Source: Lama glama
Taxonomy: Eukaryota
Reading direction: 5' to 3'
Assembly (NCBI GenBank): GCA_028534125.1
Contig: CM052816.1
Coordinates: 45,386,001 to 45,450,000 of the forward strand
Length of the DNA stretch: 64,000 nt
Shown here: positions 39,105-52,300 of the stretch, in pieces
Layout of the letters: each line of letters begins with the position of its first letter
Numbering within the stretch: the first letter of the stretch is position 1
Translations under genes and position numbers: made by a program
The notes under the pieces: generated by a model
Databases searched by the model: none
What the model saw: the letters and a program-made list of their open reading frames with translations, nothing else
What the model was told of the DNA's origin: nothing

Positions 39105-39530
39105 TCTACCAAGGCCCTGGCCACCCCCCGATCACATTTTCTAAGACATTCCATCTTGCTCACTAAGCAATGCTTACACTGTCCGTTCTGTTGCTCAAGC
39201 ATGCCAACCTTGTTCTAGTTTCTGGGCATTTCTTTACATTTGCTGTTTTTTTTTCTGTCAAGAATGTTCTTGTCCCAATCTTCGCATTTCCTCTCAGTTC
39301 ACCTGTCACTTCTCCAGTGATGCCTTCTTTGACTCCATGTCCCTCCAACTGGTTTTTACCGTAACACTTACCACTAGGTAAAGTGTGATTAGTTACCCCT
39401 TTATGTCTGGCTCAGATGTTAAGATATTTATACCCAAAAAGGACAGACCTTGTCCTTTTCTGTTCAGCACTGTAAATGTGGTCGTCTGGCCTTTATTAGA
39501 AACTCAAAAATACTGATTAATATAACAAAT
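39105..39530 (+). mobile_element. L2 3' portion
   Basis: TGTTGCTCAAGCATGCCAAC...GGGCATTTCTTTACATTTGCTGTT...CTCAAAAATACTG. Confidence 0.7.
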
Positions 39531-41984
39531 GATTAAAATTGATCTCATAAAAGCATTTTGACTTAAGGATCAAATTTAGAAAATAAGACATAGTTTCCTA
39601 ATACTGACATTTCTTATTTCACCAAAATTGACCTTGAAGAAAATCAAGGCAAAGAATGAATTAGGTTCCATATTCATTCTTGGAAACAGACACTTCATGC
39701 CCCGTGCTCTACCATGTGCCCTGCTTGGTGACTCTGTGCTGGAGTCTGGAAACCCAACATGCCTTGCAGAGTCTGCAACTGCAGCGTTCTTAACAAAGTC
39801 CTAAAATATTGGTGACATAAAGAATTATCCTGGGAATAGAAGAGTCAAAAAGTATTAGCTACTCAGTATCGTCAGTTTGCCAACAAACACAGTCTCCCTC
39901 CCCCTATACCCTGCGACAAGTGAGACTTCAACTTGCTAAGCCAAGGCAAGCTCCTTCACCTGCTCATTTTATACGCTACTCTGTTTCGGGGTGCACTTAA
40001 AATTACATCAAATTGTGCAAGTATTCCTGATGTTTTATAAAGTGATCGGTAAGAGCAGATGATGAGGACACGGAACAGGTGTAGGAAAAGAATAACGAAA
40101 TTGAATACAAATCTGGGAGTTTGAAGGAGGTCTGAGAATGATAAAAACCTTTGCCAAAACCTAGGCCTTAGAACTTGCAGCTTCTTGCCTGGGAACAGCA
40201 TGAGCTACAGGGCGGGGCAAAATAATGCTGCTGCCAGATTTTTTGATGCTGTGCTCAATTTAGTTTCATTGTTTGCATTTGGGGGCTTATTTTGAGTCAT
40301 ATACTCTATTACTATTAATATGTGGGAACATCTATTAATATTTTGAGTCTTTATTAGAGTTTAACTATAAGCTATAATTTAACTTTAGATGATCTTTTAA
40401 AAGTATGCTGAATTTCTAAGTGGGATTTAATTTTACACTCAAATCCTCCTCTTTAACTCTCCCCATACCAGTCTTCAAAGTAACACTAAGAAGGAATTTT
40501 AAATGTATCTACACCTAAAATACAGAAAATATGCTGAAGAGTGTGAACAATACAAAAAACAACCTTCAAAATGAACTACTTTTTGTTTTGCTACAGTGGG
40601 TCTGGGGAAAATAAATATTGAATTAACAAATCTTTCTAATTCAACATTTATTATTAATCCTTCTGAGTAAAACTAAAAGTAATACAAATAATAATCATAT
40701 AAATTACAAATCATACAGATTATAAATCATACAATAATAGAAATAATAGAATCTGATTCTTTTATAACAGACTGCAAGTTTAACCAACACAAAGAGATAC
40801 TTCACACCAGATTTAACAAGAAGTTTTTGAAATGCAGAGGACATTTAAAGGAAATGCAACAGTGTCATGTTCAATGGCTGGTAGTAAAATATGTGCTTTT
40901 AAAAATTAGTATTCAATAAGTTGTAGGACTGTTACATAATCAGCCCACAAATATTAGGCAAATGGATCCTATAAAGTGGATTTTATGGGCTGATTACACA
41001 AGAGTCTTGAAACGTGATGAAAAGATAAGCAATGAGAACAGGTGGGTTTACATGATTTGCTTTCTTACATCAGCAATAACGTTTAACCTACTTTAATGAT
41101 GTTATTTATAATAGAATTCATTCTGAAATTAAGAATACTACCTCTATATGAACTCCAAGTAAAATACTGATATAGTTAATTTTGGTAACTTACATGCAAC
41201 AAAATATTTAAAATACAATGTTCTATAGGATATTTTATTATTTAATCACACAATAATCATCCTTTATTGTCAAGAAGCTGAAGATTTTACCTTTTCTGAT
41301 CCTATTAATCTCCAGACCTATTTTCCATTTTTCTTAATAAAGTGAATGTTATGATTTTAATTTTACTATTTATACTTTTGTAATTAAGATTTTACTATAA
41401 GTAATTGGTTTTCTTCCAGCAACGTGTATGTACTAATTTTCTTTATCAATGATACTTAGAATATTGCTATCAGCTAATTATCCAGTTATCTATAAGAAGG
41501 TGATTTCATACAAAGAGTACTTGAAGATAGTATCTTTCAGTTTGTGTTACATGACAGCGTATGAGCACCCCTGTACCACATCTATCGCTAACTACTCTTG
41601 AAATGCTAAGAAAATCAATGTCCCCATCACCACCACCAAAAAAGTGAGAAAAGTACAAAGGTACGTTTAATCATAAAGAGGTCTGAATATCAAACATGTC
41701 ATGACCTGGCTTCATAATAAAACCTAAATTGATTTCTCTTTGAAAAATTATAAAATATTAAAAATGACACATAATGTAAACTATAACCAGCTACTCATCG
41801 CCAAGATATAACAGATTAAAATCTCCCAAATTTTCCTCAAATTTTTGTTGTTTAGGGAAATAAAATGTTCAGATATATTCAAATCCTGTTCTCTCATTCC
41901 ACTCCTACTCCTTCTAGAGGTAAAAAGTGAGTTACCTTATATTTTAATTTCATATGCTTGTATCCAGTATTACATATATTGTTT

Positions 41985-42305
41985 TTGAGCAAAGAATATT
42001 AATTGGCAATTCCCAGAAAGGCCAATTAGAAAAGATTTTCAACTTCACTCTTCATCAAGAAATGCAAATTAAAATAACAGAGAGTTACTCTGTCACCCAT
42101 CAGACCGAAAGTATTGGTTAAGATGAGGATAAACAGGAACTCAACATATCATAGGTAGAAGTGTAAGTTGGTACCATGTCTTTAGAGAAAAATTCAACAA
42201 TTTTTAAGCAAAGATATTCCTATGTTATGGGCCAGAAATTACCCCTCTAGGCACTTACTCATGAGAAAGTATCACACTTAGATCTCAGAAAGCATGCAAA
42301 AGGAT
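41985..42305 (+). mobile_element. Old L1M ORF2 3' fragment
   Basis: TCAACTTCACTC...GAAATGCAAATTAAAATAACA...GAGGATAAACAGGAACTC...CCAGAAATTACCCCTCTAGG. Confidence 0.75.
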
Positions 42306-42314
42306 CATGTTAAT

Positions 42315-42555
42315 AAATGTTACAGCTAACACTTGTATAATGCCTCTTAACCCTCCAGGCACTGCTCTAAGACCCTCCTTTGTTTTTACTCTATTATCCT
42401 CATAACACGCCTTCCTCACAGGAAATAACACACCACATTTCACAGATGAGTACACTGAGGCACTGAGGTTTATAACTTGCTAAAGTCACACAACTAGTAG
42501 TGGTGGAACCACAAACACAAGCAGCCCAGTCTGCAGTCTGTTAACCTCTGTGCCT
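42315..42555 (-). mobile_element. MIR SINE
   Basis: CATTTCACAGATGAGTACACTGAGGCAC...AACTTGCTAAAGTCACACAACTAG. Confidence 0.8.
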
Positions 42556-44562
42556 GGGTCACTGAAGAACTGGATGGAAGCGTGAAAGGGTGGAAGTCCT
42601 CCAAGGGTCCATCAGGAAGGAACAAACAAGGAGCAGGCATGCACAGAGAGCCGTAGAGACCAGCCAGTACAATGCAACAGCCAGACTGCACACAGCAGCT
42701 TGCATACATTCCAGCCACCCAACATGGGGAGAAAAGGCAAGGTGCAAAATGATTTGTACTGCACAATACCTAAACTCACCTTTGTGACTTATTTCCAATA
42801 GCTATGGTAGCTAAAGCACTCTTAAGCTCTACATACTAATAAAAATACAGAATCAAGAGCAAAAAAAATAAAAGGGTTCCTTTCCTTTTCTTTCCCTGGG
42901 GGTTAAGGACTGATAACACCTCGAGTAGTGTGTCAGTTCTGGGAACTGCAAGACTGATTAACTAGATCAGGTTTTGGAGTGAGCAGCTGGAGTGATGAAA
43001 AGGATTCTGTAGCTGTTTGGAGCACGCATGCTAAGTTTTTCAAATGATGAAATAAATCTGCTTATGTGCAAGAAAGGAAAATACTCTCTATCACCTCTCC
43101 ACAGGCTTGCCATCAAATGTGTGGGTACATAATTACCATAAGGCTTATATTCTTGGCTTAAGACAATAATAATAATCTTCATACAAAATCCAAAATATTA
43201 AATAGTATAACAGTCTTCACTAAACTTACACACATTACATATGGTTTTCACGAATACACAGAAAGGTTTTAAATTGCAAATTGCACACATAAAAATATTC
43301 ATAGAAAACCATTTAATAGCAAAAAAAATTTTTTTTGCTTACTTTCCATGACAAAAAAAGATTAAAAAAAGGAAAAAAGAAAATTCAATAGTCTTTATAG
43401 TCTTATAAGATAGGCCTGTCAAAGAATTTGCCTCTTACTGAAATAGACTATTAACAAAAAAGTACTTTCTTCAAATACATGTACTGAAGCGAGGTTCTAG
43501 CCCTGAAAACAATGATCTGTACAAGGTCACAGCACTGAGCTCTTCTTCCTCACTCCCCAAATGAGACTTCTCTGTGTAATGAACAAGGAAGGCCACTCAA
43601 GAGACCACAATGTTGATGTCAGTCCATCTAGACCATCAACCTCCACAGAGCAGGATTACTCTCCATGGAACAGCAGTTAATACGAAAAAAGAAATATGTG
43701 GAGAAACGACCAATCTAATAAAGACAAATCTTTGAAAGATCAAGAAGCTAAAGTGAGTGCTGACATACATGGCTAAAATGTGAGCTTTCATGGAAAATTA
43801 ATGGAGAAATAAATGGAGATACATTACATGTTAATTACTCGCAATCTTAGCTGTTGAAAAATACTTTAGGTTTGGGAGTGGCAACACCTTTTGAAAGACT
43901 TGTTGGCATCCCAGTGCAGACCTTGCTATGATTTCTGTCCAACACAGGGCACACCTTGTTCAAAAGACAAATGAGTCATAAGAAGCCACAATCCATGTGA
44001 TATTCAGCACTTAACTCACTAATGATACCCGAGATGCAGCCAAAGCTTCTACTATGAGAAAAAAGAGTAGACCAGGGATTAAAAACTATCGCTTTCTAAC
44101 CTGAATCAGTTGTGCAAGAATAGTAAAAATACAGCTTAAAGAGTGTCAGATAAGGTAATGAGGAGAAAGGCCATGGTTGGGGGGAGAGGGTCGGAGGAGG
44201 CTGTGAAAATGTGCCAACATCAATAAATGTTACTCAATATTTGTACTACTTAACAAAAATAAGCTAAGCATAGAAGGTGAAAACGGCTAGATAAGAAAAG
44301 AGAAAACAAAGACTAGTAATGTAACAGTTGACTAAGCAAATCTGTATGTACTACAATGATCAGAAACACCAAGTGATTGACACATGATATCCAATATCAA
44401 ATACTTTATTTTTTAAACTGTGAAAGAAGGCCATTGGAGCCATTTCTTCCTCTAAAGTCCATAAGTACATTCATTCAAGTTTTATTATATTATTCTAATT
44501 GTTGTCAAGACTTTTTTTTTTTGTAAACACTGCCAACAGCCACAGGAAGTTGCCATGACTTA

Positions 44563-45056
44563 CAGGCATACTTTGGAGTTACTGTAAGTTTGGTTCCAGA
44601 TCACAGTGATAAAGTAAATACTGCAATAAAATGAGTCACATGAATTTTTTGGTTTCCCAGTGCATATTCAAGTTATGTTTACACTATACTGCAGTCTGTT
44701 AAGTGCGCTATAGCATTACATCTACAGAAATAGTATACGTATCTTAATTAAAAACACTTTATTGCTAAAAAATACTAATCATATTCTCAACCTTCAGAGA
44801 GTCATAATCTTTCTGCAATACTAACATCAAAGATCACTGATTACAGATCATCATAATAAATATAATAACAATGAAAACATTTTAAATATTGCAAGAATCA
44901 CCAAAATGTGACAGAGACATGAAGTGAGCAAATGCTTTTTGAAAAATAATGCCAATAGACTTGCTCAATGCAGGGTTGCCATAACCTTCAATTTGTACAA
45001 AATACAGTACCTATAAAGAGCAATAAGCTGAAGTACAACAAAACAAGGTATGCCTA
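44563..45056 (-). mobile_element. Internally deleted Tigger1-derived DNA transposon, both termini present
   Basis: Starts TA|CAGGCATAC...GGTTCCAGA and ends AAAACAAGGTATGCCT: Tigger1-type TIRs with a TA target. Confidence 0.85.
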
Positions 45057-45057
45057 T

Positions 45058-45343
45058 GCAGATACTGCCTTTCTTCTTTTTTAAACAAATTGAAGGTTTG
45101 TGGCAAACCTGCATTGTCAGATGATGGTTAGCATTTTTTTAACAATAAAATATTTTTGATTAAGCTATGTGCCTTTTTTTAGCCATAATGCTATTATTGT
45201 ACACTACCCAGACTACACTGTAGTGTAAACATAACTTTTGTATGTACTGGGAAACCAAAATATTTGTGTGACTCGCTTTATTGTGATATTCACTTTTATT
45301 GTGGTGGTCTGGAACCAAACCGACCATATCTCTGAGATGTCTG
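45058..45343 (+). mobile_element. Second Tigger1-derived copy, opposite orientation, left terminus missing
   Basis: GCAGATACTGC...ACAAATTGAAGGTTTGTGGCAA...GGGAAACCAAAA...GTGGTCTGGAACC...TCTGAGATGTCTG|TA. Confidence 0.85.
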
Positions 45344-46024
45344 TACATGGAGATGAGTTTGCTTTTAAAATTCATTATTCCTTCTACAGGGGAAAAAAAG
45401 AAGATTTTTAATGCTATGTAGTTCCACTAATCAAAATAAAGGTGATACAACAGATCTCATGCACACTGAACTTGGATAATGTAACGACTCCTCATGTGTA
45501 TATAATTTTAATAGAACCCCAGGGAGAAGACACTATTCAAATTGGTAAAATTTGGGCCACAAAAATCAAGAAGTAAAGAATACTATTTAGTTATTTTGGT
45601 TTTTGTAACTTCCCTTGAGTCAGAGTAGGTAGGCAGATGGCCATTTTCTGTCTCTATTTAAGGTCAATCCTGTGTTTGTTCTTTTTCCATATAAATGAAA
45701 AAAAAACTAGTTACTGCATCTGGAATGCTGGATCAGGAAAAAAATTGTAGTATAAGAATCTTACTGTGAATTATACAAACAAAGGAAGTAAGTGTTGGCT
45801 AGTTAATGTTGTTAAATATTTATACATAAACTACATAAAAGAATGACAGATGAAGGATGAGATAAAACAGAGTTAAATGATTACAAGTTCATGTTAGGTT
45901 TTAGTCTGTAAGTTTCCACTGTCAACATGAAAACAGTAATTTTTTAAAATCTCACCCAAATTCTATTCCCCAGTTAACATTTCTTGGCCCTACATTAAAG
46001 ACAAACAAAAAAACCTAAACTGTA

Positions 46025-47145
46025 ATGAATTCACTTAATAAATATGCACTGAGGGTTTATTACAAGCCAGGCATTGTTCTAGGTACTGAGTGTAGAGCAG
46101 GGATGAAAACAGTCACAGCTCTTGCCCTCATGGAGTTTATAATATAATGAAGGAAACAGAAATGAATAAATCAGTAACTACAATATAGAGGCACAGAGGA
46201 AAGGAAAAATGAACCAAGAGAATACTGTGTGCTGAGGATGAGGGAGGATTAAACAGAGCTAAGTAGAGCGAGGAGGAAGGTGACACCTCCACAAAAAGGT
46301 GACATGCAACCTGATCTCTGCAGTGAGTGATGGAATCTGCAACACGAGGAGTCAAGGACCAGGGAAAAAAAGAGCATTTCAGGAAGAGGCCACCACACCC
46401 ACAAAGGTTCCAAGACAGGGGACCTGCAGGGAACCAAGGAAGGCCAGTGTGGCTGAAGCCCACTGAGCAAGGGGCACAATGCTGGTGGGGGTGGGTGTAG
46501 ACTGGTGAGGCAGACTGAGCTAGCCATCTACTCTCTTACCAACCATATTAAGACGTTTGAACTGAATTTGAAGAGCACTAAATAGTATACATTAAAGAGT
46601 TTCAAGAAAGGATACATGTGACACTTTTAAAAGATGACACTGGCTCTTAAAGAGACAACAAATTGGAAGGGAGCTGGAGATGAAGTAGGCAGATCAGTTA
46701 GAAGGCAATTTCAGTAGTCACATAATTTGGGTGGTGGGTTGGACACAAGGCAGTGGATAGATTTGGAAAAAAGTAGATGAAGTGATGGTATAATTTGGAG
46801 GCAGAATCGACAGAACTTGCTGATGTATCAGAGACTGTGCTGATGTATCAGAAAAAGGAATGAATAATACTCTTGAGAAACTCAGGGAAAGATGGCCCCA
46901 TTTACTGAGATAGGAAGACTTTGGAGAAACAGGTTTGAGGGAATATTAGAAATTTTGTTTGGACATGTTAAGTTTGAGACACCTATGAGATGTCCAAGTG
47001 GAGATATCAAGGGGCAACAAAATACTTAAGACCAGACCTTCAAAGACTAGCTTGTGGTAGAGATACAAATTTGTGAGTCATGAAACCTAGAATGGCACTT
47101 AGAGCTATGGCTAATGATGAGATCACCGATGGAGAGAGTGTGGAG
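46025..47145 (-). mobile_element. L2 LINE, about 1.1 kb
   Basis: ATTCACTTAATAAATAT...CCAGGCATTGTTCTAGG...GCCCTCATGGAG; TTGGACATGTTAAGTTTGAGA...GTCCAAGTGGAGAT; GATGAGATCACC. Confidence 0.9.
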
Positions 47146-47149
47146 AAAC

Positions 47150-47285
47150 ATTTCCATAATTTCAATGTGTGGGAAAATTTCCTGGGAGATTCTGACTTGG
47201 TAGATTTCGGGTGGGGACTCTGAATTTGCATTTTTTTAAACTCTCTAAGTGAGTCTTATTCTCACACCATTTTAGTAAATACTGC
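47150..47285. mobile_element. MER5-like hAT MITE
   Basis: GATTCTGACTTGGTAG...GGGTGGGGACTCTGAATTTGCATTTTT. Confidence 0.55.
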
Positions 47286-48803
47286 TGGAGAGACAGAAAA
47301 CAAGTGAGCCCCTCCGTGAGCTGAAAAACTCTAGCAGCTGGTAACTGGACAGAAGAGGAGGAGTCTGACAAGCTTAAGCCACAGACCAACCAGGACAGCG
47401 TGGTCCATGCAGTTTACACCGTCTTCAATGGGAAAATAAAACGCACCTATTAGGTACTACTAGAAAGAATCTGGTCAGATTCCTTTCAGCAAGCTCCTGT
47501 AAAACAGTTCCAAGAGAAGGCCTCCAGAATAACACACTGGTGTGAGCGCTCAGTGCTGCTCAATGAGTTTGTGCTTTGTTACTTTAAGAAGAAAATACGG
47601 ACAATCTCAATTGCTGACGCCTTCTAAGTATGACTACTACTATGGTAAAATCAAGAGAGATTATCCTGGGATTAGCACTGGCCATGATGGACTTAATAAG
47701 ATCTTCACCAAACTACTTCAACATTACTGAGGGTAAGAAATGAGTAACAGCACTACTTTTTATCCTTTTCTTTAGTATGCAACTAGCCTCAAACCCTAGT
47801 ATTTATTAACTTCTTTAAACAATAGGCTAAGACAAGTAGGGCCAGACAATTTAGGAGGCAGATTCATTTCTACCTCTTTCTCAACTTTATGTTATTGACT
47901 CTTTTCCTAGAACTCCATGTCTCCTGCCTGCTTAGAACTCGTTTTTAGATCTAGTTTATCTGCTTAGAAGTGTCATCATGCAGTCCTTACCTTTGTCAGA
48001 CAAACCAAGCTTCAGAACTTTCCCTTTGATAACCTTTCAAAGCTTGTCACATTTCAATTAGGCTTGTGCAATCAGCAGTTGACCCATACAATTATTACAT
48101 GTTGATGGAACTGTTATTGCCCACAAATCTGCATTTTAACAGGAGCTTTTGCAGATACAAACTTTAATTTGAAGGAGTTAAGCTAATGTTGGAGCATTCC
48201 TATATTGTTACAAAGATATACTAAGTACAGGAAGACAATTTTAACAATCCTTAATCAACACCCCACAGATTCCTATCTATTTTATATGTAAAGTCTTGAC
48301 AGACAATGTGAGATGTCTTTGAGGTACCTACCTGGGAGCAAGCAAGCACTTAAAAAGACTGCCAAGAGACTATAAACCACTTTGGAAAGCTGATTTCACG
48401 TCATGCGATAGCTGAAAGAAATCCTGAACAACAAATAGGTCTACGATTCTGTCTTGTGAAAAATCTACAAGAGCCAAAGACAAAAATTTCCTTTACAAAA
48501 TAATAAAGCTGGAAGCAGTTTTTAAATGAAGGGTTACAAACCAAAGACAACCAGATACAAGGCCATCAACATAAATGTGTGGAGGAACCAGACATAAAAC
48601 AACATGTAGCAGGAGGTCCATGGCAAACATACAAATTCAATTTTGGGGAAACACTGGGAGACCACACCTATCACAAATCTGGGCCAAACACAAGCCCCAG
48701 AATCTCAGGGCCTCTGCATTAAATTCCCCATGCCACTGTAGCAGAGAAATTGGAGGCAGACTAAGTTGCTCTGATTGCCAAGGAAATAAAAGGTAATACC
48801 AAG

Positions 48804-48915
48804 TAGGGTTTTCAACTGTCCTGGATTTCCCAGGACTGAAAGGGGCACCAGGATGCAGAACTTTCACTGCCACACCAGGACAGTCCTGGGCAAACAGGGA
48901 CAGTCGTTCACCTTA
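48804..48915. mobile_element. MER81-like hAT-Blackjack MITE
   Basis: TAGGGTTTTCAACTGTCCTGGATTTCCCAGGACTG...CAGTCCTGGGCAAACAGGGACAGTCGTTCACCTTA; about 112 bp and self-complementary. Confidence 0.75.
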
Positions 48916-49301
48916 AATCAAGACAATTACTGGGGGAACAAATCATCATGACAATGTGGAGTCTAGTTTTCACAAAAAAGTTGAAATTGGTAGCTTGGCT
49001 TTTAAAAAATGTAGAGGCAGCACATAGGGAGGAAGGCAGAGTCATCACTAAGATATTCTCCAAACAGTAGCTAGCGTGATAAAGCAATTAACTGTCACAG
49101 GCACAAGGCATGTGTTCACTGAGATTATCTTTTTAATATGTCACACAAAAACAACACTGTGAAAATGTATTATCAGTTCTTAAAGAGACTATGATAAGAA
49201 ACAAAAGGAACCAGTGGCAATTTAATCACCTGGCAGTGTTGAATCCAACATTCCTAAGTTAAGTGAAATAATTATTCTGGAACACAAAACCTATAGGATA
49301 T

Positions 49302-52300
49302 GGAGGAGTGGCCAAGATGGCAGAGTAGGGATAACTTCCTCCCATGGGCACACCAAAATTACAACTATTTACAATATACAACTGTAAATATACAAGAACA
49401 ACTACCAATGAGAATAACCTGAAGACTAAGAGAAAAGATCTTCTATAACTAAGATATAAAGAAAGAACCACAACCAGTCAGGTAGAAGGGGTCGAGATGT
49501 AATACAGTCAAGACCCACAACCCTGGGTAGGCAAACCACAAACAGGAGGACAATCACAATTTCAGAGGTTCTCCCCTAGCAGCATGGGGTCTGTGCCCCA
49601 CACATCAGGCTCCCCGGCCTGGGGGTCTCATACCAGGAAGAAGAGCCTCCAGAATGTTTAGCTATGCAGGCCAGCAGGGCTTGCTTTCAGGAGAGCCACA
49701 GGGCTGCAGGAAGAGGGACTCTGCTCGTAAATGGCTCATACAAAATATCTGAGGCCCAGGACAGAAGCAGTAGTTTGAGAAGAGTCAGGGTTTCAGATCT
49801 TGGAGAGCCTCCTGGAGAGGCAGGAGGCAACTGAGACTCATCCTGCGGATAGCTGCTGGTGGCAACAGTTTTGGAGAGCTCACTCTACCAGGAGGAAACT
49901 GGGACTAGCAAGCACCATTTCGGAGTCCTCCCTTTAGCTTAGTGCCAGGGAACTGACCTTGCCCACCAGCCAGAAGTCACTAATCCTGGGACCCCCAAGC
50001 CAAGCAGCTAACTACAGGGGAACAAAGCCCCACCCACCAGCAGGCCAGCTGCCAGAGGCCCTTCTGAGCCCCTCAGGTGCCCTGAGATTTGGCCCCATCC
50101 ACCAGAGGGCCCAGGACGAGGACCTCCTGGGCCCCACAGCCTGCCAAGTTGGGACCTAGCCTGTTCACCAACAGGCCAACACCAGCTCAGGACCGCTGGC
50201 TCCACAGATAGCTACCTTGTGACCCAGCCATGCCCACCAGCAGGCTGGAACCAGGACCTGTGACTCCCGAGGCCGAGCAGCCAGCTGCGCCAGGACCTGG
50301 CCCCGTTCACCAGCAGCCAGTGGCTTTTCCCACCAGGCGAGGCCTGGCTACCAACCGGACTGGGAGTCAGACACATCTACCGGGGTGCCTACAGTAGTCA
50401 GCCCACCACAGAAGAAGTGCCCATGCAGCCCACACAGAGGGGACCCCTAGAGCATGTAACTCTGGTGACCACGGTGCAGTGTGCTGCTGGGCCCCATAGG
50501 ACAGATCCTACATAAAGACACATAAGGATCAGGAAATATAACTGACCTACCTAATACATAGAAATAGAACCAGAGAATTAGGAAAAATTAGGCGACGAAT
50601 GTGTTCCAGACAAAGGAACAAGATAAAACCGCAGAAAAAAGACTAAGTGAAGTGGTAATAAGCAATCAACCTGATTAAAGAGTTCAGGATAATGATCATA
50701 AAGATGCTCAAAGTTTATCCCAAGAAACAAGAAAATCTCAAATAAATAATCTAACCTTACATCTAAAGGGACTATAAAAAGAACAAATAAAACCCAAAGT
50801 TAGTAGAAGGAAAGAAATGATAAAGACCAGCACAGAAATAAATGCAGTATAATTTAGAAAAACAGAAAAGATCAATGAAACTAAGAGCTGCTTTTTGTTA
50901 AAAGGTATGCAAAATTGATAAACCTTTAGTCAAACTCATCAAGTAAAAAAGACCCACATAAATAAAATCAGAAATGAAAAAGCAGAAGTTACATCTGACA
51001 TCACAGAAAACAAAAAAAAAATCGTCTAAGAGATTATTATGAATAGTTACACTCTAATAAGATGGACAACCTCAAGAAATGGACAAATTCCTAGAAATAT
51101 ACAATCTCTCAAGACTGAATCAGAAAGAAATAGAAAATATGAACAGACTAATTACCAGGAATAAAACTGAATCTGCAGTAAGAAACTTCTGACAAACACA
51201 GGTCCAGGATCAGTTACTTCACCAGTCAATTCTACCAAACATGTTACTCAAGAAGAGTAACTATTTATACTTCTCAAACTGTTCTAAAAGATTGCAAAGA
51301 AGAAACGCTTCTGAATGCATATAACAAATCCAGTATTACCCTGATACCAAAACCAGACAAAGATACCACAAAAAAAGAAAATTACAGGCCAGTATCACTG
51401 ATGAATGCAGATGTAAAACTCAACAAAATATTAGCACACTGAATACAACAATACATTAAAAGAATCACACACCATGATCAAGTGAGATTTAACTCAGGGA
51501 TGCAAGATGGTTCAATATCCACAAATCAATCAATGTGATACACCACCACAACAAATTGAAGAATAAAAATCATATGATCATTTCAACAGATGCAACTCTT
51601 TTGACAAAATTCAACATTCACACAAAATAAATATTGTTCACAAAGTGGGTATAGAGGAAACACACCCCAACATTATAAAGGTCATGATAAGCTCATAGCT
51701 AACATTGTACTAAATTGTGAAGAGATGAAAGAATTTTCCCTAAGATCAGGAACAAGACAATGATGCCCACTCTCACCATTTTTATTCAACATAGCATTGG
51801 AAGTCCTAGACACAGCAGTCAGATAAAAAAAAGAAATAAAAGAAATCCAAATTGGAAAGGAAGAAGTAAAACTGTCACTGTTTGTAGATGACATGATATT
51901 TATAGAGAAAGCCATAAAGATACCACCAAAGAACTATTAGAACTCATCAATAAACTCAGTAAAGTTGCAGGATATAAAATTAATATACAGACATCTATTG
52001 CATTTTTATTCACTAACAACTAACTATCAGAATAAGAAATTAAAACAATCCCCTTTACAACTGCATCAAAAAGAATAAAATACACAGGAATGAATCTAAC
52101 TAAGGAGATAAAACACCTGTACTCAAAAATCTTTAAGACAATGATGAAAGAAATTAAAGCTGTGACTAACACGTAGAAATAAATACCATGCTTATAGATT
52201 GGAAGAATTAAATGGCTATACTACGCAAAGCAATCTACAGATTCAATGAAATCACTATCAAAATACCAACGGCATTTTCCACAGAACTAGAACAAATAAT

